Source: the human T2T-CHM13v2.0 reference genome, Homo sapiens. From it: 64,000 nucleotides of DNA. The stretch is from positions 2,944,001 to 3,008,000 of the forward strand of contig CP068257.2 of NCBI GenBank assembly GCA_009914755.4. The letters run 5' to 3'. Below the pieces are notes generated by a model that saw only the letters and a program-made list of their open reading frames with translations, made no database searches and was not told the origin of the DNA. A program made the position numbers and the translations under genes. Shown in pieces: positions 52,641 through 64,000 of this stretch; position 1 is the stretch's first letter; every line of letters begins with the position of its first letter.

Positions 52641-53535
52641 TTGCCACTGCTGCAGACAGTGCCTGCATCATCCTGCAGACTGACAATGATCATTTTGCTG
52701 CTGATGACTTTAAAGTGTGAGACAGACCTGGCCATGTGCCAGTTTGTGGAGTGCGACATTACTGATAACACCAGTGTCAGTCAGCCTCTGCTGGAGACAG
52801 AGATGGAGGCCCTCAAGGAAGAGCTGCTCTTCATGAAGAATCATGAGGAGGAAGTTAAAGGTCTATAATACCTGATTTCCAGCTCTTGGTTGACCATGGA
52901 GGTAGATGTCCCCAAGTCTCAGGACCTTGGCAAGATCATGACAGGCATCTGGGCCCAATATGACGAGATGGCTGAGAACAGCTGAGAGGAGCTGGACAAG
53001 TACTGGTCCCAGCAGACTGAGGAGAGCACCAGAGTAGTCACCATGCAGTCCGCTGAGATCGGAGCTGCTGAGAGGATGCTCAGGGGGTTGAGATGTACAG
53101 TCCAGTCCTTGGATATCGAACTGGACTCAATGAGATATCTGAAAGTCAGCTTGGAGAACAGCCTAAGGGAGGTAGACGCAGATGGAGCAGCTCAACAGGA
53201 TCCTGCTGCACCTGGAGTCAGAGCTATCCCAAAACCGGGAAGAGAGGTACCACGCCCAAGAGCACGAGGACCTGTGGAACATCAAGGTCGAGCTGGAGGC
53301 TGAGATTGCCACTTACTGCCGCCTGCTAGAAGACGGGGAGGATTTCAATCTCCTGGATGCTCTGGACAGCAGTAAATACCTGCAAGCTATCCAAAAGAAC
53401 AGCCCCCGCAGGATAGTGGACGGGAAAGTGGTGTCTGAGACCAACAATACAGACGTTTTGTTGTGCTAAGCCATCAGAAGCAAGGTCCCTTTGGGGAGCA
53501 GGAGGCCAGTAAAAAGTTCAGAGGTAAAAAAAAAT
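52640..53535 (+). pseudogene. KRT18P: Keratin 18 (type I keratin) processed pseudogene. It is 5'-truncated, covers rod domain 2 and the tail, has in-frame stops and frameshifts, and ends in a short poly(A).
   Basis: The translation spans frames: 'ETDLAMCQFVECDI...LETEMEALKEELLFMKNHEEEVKGL' / 'VDVPKSQDLGKIMTGIWAQYDEMAENS.EELDKYWSQQTEESTRVVTMQSAEIGAAERMLRGLRCTVQSLDIELDSMRYLKVSLENSLREVDA' / 'MEQLNRILLHLESELSQNREERYHAQEHEDLWNIKVELEAEIATYCRLLEDGEDFNLLDALDSSKYLQAIQKNSPRRIVDGKVVSETNNTDVLLC*'. This matches the KRT18 C-terminus as I remember it (...ETEIEALKEELLFMKKNHEEEVKGLQAQIASSGLTVEVDAPKSQDLAKIMADIRAQYDELARKNREELDKYWSQQIEESTTVVTTQSAEVGAAETTLTELRRTVQSLEIDLDSMRNLKASLENSLREVEARYALQMEQLNGILLHLESELAQTRAEGQRQAQEYEALLNIKVKLEAEIATYRRLLEDGEDFNLGDALDSSNSMQTIQKTTTRRIVDGKVVSETNDTKVLRH). 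No introns. An A-run lies at about 53526-53535. Confidence 0.9.
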
Positions 53536-54042
53536 TAACTTCAAATCACAGAAGTGTTTCCTTCAACACAAAAGTAATATAGATTCATTAATATATAGAA
53601 GTGGAAATTAAGACAATTTCCACAACTACTCACCCAGAGAGGATTAAAAAAATAATTGACCACCAACTAATAAAACAAATACACAAGTCATAAATAAAGT
53701 ATGAGTAATGTTTATACAGGCAAATGAACAGAGAATTATGTTGGCAATAGACGTGTGTTTGATTCATATTTGACTGATTCATATTCAACTGTACACAGTT
53801 GAATATAGTCATACAAAATTATAATATATAGGCAGAATCTAAAAACACAATTAAATAATGTAAGGCAGCCTATCCTAACAAGGAAATACAAGAATATATA
53901 ATATTAGAAAATAAAATTAAATAAACATTAGCCTGTGAAATACCGAATAAACAAAGCATGCAACGGAAGAAGACTCTTTCTAGATAACTAGCATGTTCAA
54001 CCATAACTGGGCTCCCATAAAGAGCAGATTTTGAATTCTTAG

Positions 54043-54650
<608 letters not shown>

Positions 54651-56794
54651 AATTTATTATTTTTAAAACAAAGAAAAGCCTTACATTTTTACATATGGGA
54701 ACAACATGAATATTGTAAAATATGCTGTGGAAAACTACAATATAATAAGCAATTAGAAATAAATTATACTATCATTCAGATAAATGTTGAGGAAAGTAAA
54801 TGGAAACACTAATGATAAGTTTTTCTATGCAGTGAACTTAGACACAAACTAAAACTTTTCTTAATGTGATGTGCATACCATCCAATTCACTTTTTATATA
54901 ACACATAAATTCAAGTATGTTTTCTGAAACCCCTGAAGCTAAAGTTATAGGCTAATTTGACATACGTAAAAACAGGACAGGGAAAACGTACAGATCACAG
55001 TCCCACTAAGCTTTATATAAGATTAATTAATAAAATAACTCATTAAGAAATAATGTAACAGTTAAGAATTTGTTCTATTCCTGGCATGTTTCTAAGTTTT
55101 TCTATGGATTAAGGTCCTTAAAAATTCTTTGAGATGAGTAGATACAATAAACTATTCCACAGGTGACATGTTTGGCATAGAGAGTTCACATTTCTAAGTT
55201 AGTTTCTACTAAGGGAAAGAAAACTTTTTGACCTACATTACCAGAGATGAAAAAAAGAATAAAGTGAAATAGAAGATTCAACTTTATCATATGTGCTGAG
55301 GTGCTTTGGGCTCTGATAAATTTTTTTTCTGATTTTTTTGCAGGAACACATTTGAAATAATAGGACTGAAAATTATGAGGAAGAAACATTTGTCCTTGGT
55401 GTTTCTGAAATATGTGAACCAAACCCCAATGCCTGCACTTTTGCTCTCACAAACTTCTGACATGAGGCACAGATTTTTACAAAACAGCTTAACATAGAAG
55501 TCTCACAAAATGTGCAGATTTCCTCAGATCCCAAAAACAATGGAAAAGCACTCAGACCACAAGAGCTTCATGGGAATAGCAGAAAGAAGAGGCGAACTTT
55601 GGCTGTCACTGTGAATGCCCTGGAATGTTAGTGGATGAACAGAGAAGCCTTAGAAGATTTAAGAGCATAATAAGCATAGGGTAGGAAATTTCCACCTGTG
55701 GCAGCAAAAGAAGTAAATTTAGAATTTTCCAGAACCAATTTCTTTGAAGCAGAACTTCCAACACCACATTTTTAAGGTTTTCTCCTTGGCCTTTGCACCT
55801 CTCATCTTTGTTATTTGTTCATTCTTCCCTATTGGGGTGTTGCCTATTATTCTCTCTCTTTTTACATTCCAAAGATATTTCCTTTACTGTAGGACAGGGG
55901 CATCCACGGGAGACTACAGCCATGAGTTCTTAGTTTCTGTTTCTGGTTGAGCCAGTAAGGCGCTTTCCTCATCCCCCTTTTCCACTTATCACTAGACACA
56001 GAACCCAAAAACCATTGCTGCAGGCTGCTAAAAACCTAAAACAAAACAGAGCCATAACAAAAACAAAACAAGGCGGGTTGGAAAAGCTTGCTGTACGAGG
56101 CAACCAGGTCTGGCTTATATTCACCACATCCCTTCTTCTTTCCCAGAACAGCAATTGGGCTCAAGAGAAAACGTCCAACTTTTAGTATATCCCTCAGTAT
56201 AGAATGAGAACAGTGGAACATATGTTCAAAGGTTTGGCTTTGTGGGCTACCGCTGATGACTAGATTCTGTCTCCCCAAACAGGGAATGCTAAAGGAAATG
56301 GCAGAGTAGTGAGAATGATAACTTATGACTGCTGAGAAGAGAAGTTACATGCTTACCACAGCCTCAGAGAAACAAACACTACAATCAACTGCGGAAGCAA
56401 AGGACCACAGTGTCTGGAAAACAATGGGAAAAAATATCTTTACCTTAAAAATACACACACAAGCCCAGAGAAGACACATTGAAGACACTGTTAATGAAGT
56501 ACCAGGATGTACAGCCTCACTGATTGTTGTATTATCTTGTAGTAAGCAAGTTTGTACATACTACATTACACAGTTGTTTTATAAATTTCTGAATCTCATC
56601 AAAAGATTGCAGGGCATACAGAAAAGGACGAAAACATGTCCCAATTGAAGAAATAAAATAAACCTACAAATATTGATCTTTAAAAATCTTTGTTGACTTT
56701 TAAAGGTCAAAATTTGTAGGTTTATTCTTTGTTGTTGTTGTTTTTGCATTATATAATTTTGAAAATCAAAATAATTATCAAAGCTCCTTAATGA

Positions 56795-59172
<2,378 letters not shown>

Positions 59173-60982
59173 GTATTAACTTTCACACGCTGTTTGTAGT
59201 CAAGTATATTTTCTCAGTTTCAGATCCTCTGGTATTTTATTTAATGGGAAGTCTTGCACTAAAAGGGTTCAAGAAAAATAATATTGCATTTTCTTATGTC
59301 ACAGGAAACACTTTTAATGGTAACTTGTCAGATTGTCTATGAACAAACCCACTTTTTAAGACATTGATAAAGTCTTCTTTTCTTCACGTTGTGTTTTATA
59401 CAAGAACACTTCAGCTGTATTGGATGTGACTGATTTTAACAAATTATATTAGATTTGCATCAATTAGTTACATGTTCTATTCATAGTCTTTTGTGAATAT
59501 TGTCTTTTTGTTTAAAAAGATGGCCTGTTTTGATCCTTTGATTAGGGACATTCCCGTTTTTGTAAGAAAAGAGAAATTTTTAAAACTGTCCCAAACAGAA
59601 AAATAATGGCTATCAGAAGTACGTTTTGTTTTAGTGTAGTGCGAATTACCATTACTGTAGTTGTTTATTGTAAAGATGGACATTTAGCATTCAGTGCAGT
59701 TTTAAATAAAATGTGATTAGAAAAAACTGCTTAATGAACAAAAACAGAACATAGACAACAAAAGAATATTAGAAGAAGTAATACATAAAGAAAATGAGAT
59801 ATCAATAAAAAGATTTTTAAAAACCAACAATTGTGAATCTGAAGAACATAATAGCTATATTAAAAATTTAATCAACAGTCACAAAAGCAGACTAATAAAG
59901 GAGAAAAAATTACACAATTGATGACATTGTAGTTATAAATATTGAGTGATGAAAACAAATTTTTTAAGAAGAATGGAGGAAAAAGTATGGGACGTACTGC
60001 ACATCGTCAAGTGGACCATTATATTTATGAAAGGAGTCTTACAAAAACAATATAGGAGAAAAGTAATAAAGAGATTATTTTTAAAAAGTAGCTGAGAAAT
60101 CCCCACATGACAAGATAATTAAACAAGAAGAAATACTTCCAAACAAAAACCTTCAACTGGAGTAATATCACTTCAGAAATAAAAAAACTAAACCTTTCCA
60201 AAATAAATAAAAGTTGATTGTGTTACTAACCACTAGAAGAGTCCTAAAGGAAGTGTAAAAGAGTCTATCACGTCCAAAAATGAAATGATGCTGCAGAGCA
60301 TCATAGCAGCACATGAAAATAGAAAACTCTCTATTAAAGGTAAATATATAAACAGGTAAAGAAATCTCTACTGTCATAATCATGGTGCACAAAACTTTCA
60401 AAATATTGCCATGGAGTTTAAAACATGAAGCAGAAATCTGCATAAATTTGTGATCATAGACCATAAGGAAAGATAATATGTGATATTAATAAAACAGTGG
60501 GAGTGTGAAGAGGTACAACTTTGCATTCAGTTGAAATATGGTTGTTCTATACTGTCATAACTTTAAGATGATTTATGAAGTCTTTATTTCTCAGGATGAT
60601 TACCAAAAAAACCTGTAGAATGTATGCAAAGGCAAATGAGAAAGAAATTCAATCACGTCACTACAAAATCAACAAACAGAAATAAAGCAGTAAGAGAAAA
60701 AATGATAAATAACACATCTACAAGAAACACAGAAGACAATTACAAATAATAAAGTAACTTCATTAAATGCAGTAATGACTTCAAATATAAAAAGTTAAAT
60801 ACCTTAAAGAAAATTAATAAATAATTTAATGGATTAAGAACAAAGAAGATCCAGCAATGTGCTCTCTACAAGAGTCATTCCAGCTCTAAGGACTCAAATA
60901 AGTTGAAAGTAACAGTATAAAGAAAATATATTTTATGCAAAGAGTAGCTAAAATTGGAGGGCCATGGTCATAATTATACTAA

Positions 60983-61335
<353 letters not shown>

Positions 61336-61504
61336 GAGAGAGATTGGTATTATGTAATGGTGAGATGGATTAACTTTCCAGGAATCTATAACAATAATTT
61401 ATAAATCATATATATATAATTTGAAAAATCTGCAAAAATATACCATTGAGATTTTGACAAAAATTACATTAAATTTTTGTATTACTATAAATAGCACTGA
61501 CATC

Positions 61505-61630
61505 TTTCTTTCTTTTTTTTTTTTTTAGAGACAGAGTTTCTTTCTCTCAGGCTGGAGGGCAGTGGCACGATCTCTCGATAGGCTCACTTCAACCTCCTCC
61601 TCCCAGGTTCAACTGATTCTCGTCTTTCAA
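61505..61630 (-). mobile_element. Alu fragment on the minus strand
   Basis: 'ttttttttttttttagagacagagtttctttctctcaggctggagggcagtggcacgatctc...cctcctcctcccaggttcaactgattctc'. Confidence 0.7.
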
Positions 61631-62011
61631 AATATGTAAAACAAATATTGACAGAAGTCAAGCAAGAAATACATAGCAACACAACAACGGTGGACTTCAA
61701 GACTCCACTTCAGTAATGACTAGAATAGTCAGAAGTAATATCAGTAAGAAAGCCAAACCTGAACATTATAGACCCAACCAGCATTTACAGAACTCTCCAA
61801 TTTAAAGGAGCAAAATCTGCAATATTCTAAATCACACATGGTACATTCTGTTAGGATACATGTCTTATTAAACTTAAGAAAACCGAAGCCATACAATGTA
61901 AATGAAACTAGAATTCAAAAGCAAGAAAATGTGGCAAATATGTAAATAAGAGGAAATTAAGCAAAATCTTTCATATAGTCTTGCTCAAGTGTCAGGTGAT
62001 TTAATATTGTT

Positions 62012-62318
62012 AAGATGTCAGGGCCGGCATGAGGCTCATGCCTGTAATCCTAGGACTTTGGGAGGCCAAAGTGGGTGGATCACCTGAGATCAGAAGTTTG
62101 AGACTAGCCTAGTGAATATGGCAAAACCCTATCTCTACTAAAAATACAAAAGTTAGCTAGACATGATGGTGCACGACTGCAATCCCAGCTACTCTGGTGG
62201 CTGAGACTGGAGAATTGCTTGAACCTGGGAAGCGGAGACTGCAGTGAGCACATCTCGCACCCCTGCCCTTCAGCCTGAGTGACTCACTAAAACTCCATCT
62301 CCAAAAAAAAAAAAAAAA
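62012..62318 (+). mobile_element. Alu SINE, full length with an A16 tail
   Basis: Runs from 'ggccggcatgaggctcatgcctgtaatcctaggactttgggaggccaaagtgggtggatcacctgagatcagaagtttgagactagcc' to 'ctgcagtgagcacatctcgcacccctgcccttcagcctgagtgactcactaaaactccatctccaaaaaaaaaaaaaaaa'. Confidence 0.9.
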
Positions 62319-62974
62319 TGTTGCCAGTACTACTCATGATGATATAAAAATGTAAGGTAATTTTTGTCAAAATCCCAATGGTATTTTTTTTGCAGAATTT
62401 TTGTGTATAATTCTAAACGTTGCTTAGGAAAGGTGACTAGCCAAACACCCTTTAAAAAGAACAAAGAGGTATTACATTTTCTGATTCAAAATCATGATAC
62501 AAAGCTACAAAAATAAAAACAATATGGTATTGCCACAAAAACAGATACATAGATGACGAAACAGAACAGAGATCCCAGAAATAAACCCTTGCATATGTGA
62601 TAAAATAATCTTCCATAAGCTTTCCATGACCACACAATAGAAAAATAAGAATCTATTTAACAAAGAATTTTCCAAATTGAATATTTACAGAGAAAAAAAT
62701 AAAATTGGATGCTTCCTTTGTATCATATATAAAAAGAAAAATTTTTTAAATGAATTCAATACTTAAACATAAAACCTAATAAAATTCTTAGAAGTAAACA
62801 TAAGGGAAAAGTTTATGACATAAGTCTTAAAACTCTTTCCTTAAGTTTGACATCAAATTCATAAGCAACAAGGAAAAGAACAACGACCAAAAAAAGGGAC
62901 TACATTAAGCTTCAACTATTCTACACATCAAATAAAACATTTAGTGCCATACAAACGTCACCTAATAAGTGGGT

Positions 62975-63105
62975 GAAAGCTAGGCATGGTGTCTCATGCC
63001 TTTAATTCTACAACTTTAGGAGGCCAAGGCAGAACAATCACTTGAGGCCAAAAGTTTGAGACTAGCCATGAAAACATAGCAAGACCCTGTCTTGTATAGG
63101 GTTAT
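62975..63105 (+). mobile_element. Free left Alu monomer (FLAM)-like fragment followed by a (CATA)n-rich tail
   Basis: 'ggcatggtgtctcatgcctttaattctacaactttaggaggccaaggcagaacaatcacttgaggccaaaagtttgagactagccatgaaaacatagcaagaccctgtc'. Confidence 0.6.
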
Positions 63106-64000
63106 ATATATGCATACATACATACATAAAACAAAAAAGAGTAAAAATATTTTCTAATCACATATTTGGTAGGTGTTAATTTTCAAAATATATAAATTCC
63201 TAAAACTCAACAACAAAAAAAGTTAATAACTTGATTTAGAATGGCACATGTTTGAAATGACTTTCTCCAAAGAAGACATAGAAATGACTAGGCATTTAAA
63301 AGGATACTCGACAACTCTCTTCTAGAAAAATACAAAGAAAAGTCACAATAATCTATCACATCAAACCTATTTTTAAAATAGTATGAAAGCTCTTCAAAAA
63401 ATTTAAAATGAGATTATTTTACAATCCAGCAAACCCCATTCTGGCTATGTATTTAAAATATACAACACATGATCCGGAAGAGATATTTGCACACCCAAAT
63501 TTATTGCAGCATTACTAACACAAGCCAAAAGGCAGAAACAACCCAGCTGTCCCTTGACCAATGAAGAGATTAATAACAAGTGGCACATACACAAAGTCGA
63601 ATATTATTCAGTCTTTAAAAAGTCACATTATATGATTATTCTTGAGAATATCACGTTAACTGAAATAAGCCAGGAACAAAGTGACAGTCTATGATTCCAT
63701 TCATAATCAGGTATCTTAAGTAGACAAACTCATAGGAAAAAAATAGTTAGAATGGTGTTTGTCAAGGACTGAAGAGATGGTAAAATAGGCAATTGTCTTA
63801 AAAGACATTTAATGTTAGTTTTGCAAGACATAGAAGTTCTACAGATCTTTTGCATAACTATGTGAATGTACTTAACGCTAATGAAATATACACTTAAAAA
63901 GAATTAAAATGGTAAATTTTACATTATGTGTTTTTACCACAATCGCAGTTTTTAAAAGGAAAAATATGGACTTATAAAGCTTTCCAAAAATTAAATTTTG

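Overview
This window is human (primate) genomic DNA, not a prokaryotic locus. It contains many Alu elements, two L1 fragments, HERV-H LTR7 copies and MaLR-type LTRs, and I see no intact protein-coding gene. No defence or biosynthetic 'system' is present; the notable content is satellite and retroelement architecture. It is a repeat-dense patchwork typical of a pericentromeric or acrocentric-short-arm-like region. The main blocks are: (i) two tandem minus-strand LTR7 copies at about 23.4-24.9 kb; (ii) directly after them, a roughly 2.9-kb tandem array of about 20 copies of a ~140-bp CpG-rich unit; (iii) an internally deleted ERV provirus on the plus strand at 28.7-32.2 kb that still carries a recognisable env TM immunosuppressive-domain motif; (iv) about 12 kb (32.2-44.6 kb) of 68-70-bp beta-satellite-like monomers in higher-order blocks, with two inverted segments, more divergent 'spacer' blocks and a nested Alu/(GAAA)n insertion; (v) a second internally deleted ERV on the minus strand at 44.6-48.4 kb with a CWLC env motif; (vi) a 5'-truncated L1 at about 49.0-52.3 kb; (vii) a 5'-truncated KRT18 processed pseudogene at 52.6-53.5 kb, embedded in old L1 sequence; and (viii) a near full-length CTBP2 processed pseudogene at about 56.8-59.2 kb with a premature stop at codon 8, frameshifts and a poly(A) tail. 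The first roughly 19 kb is mostly unique AT-rich sequence with scattered Alus and simple repeats and no recognisable exons. All family assignments are from memory of consensus sequences and protein motifs, not from searches.
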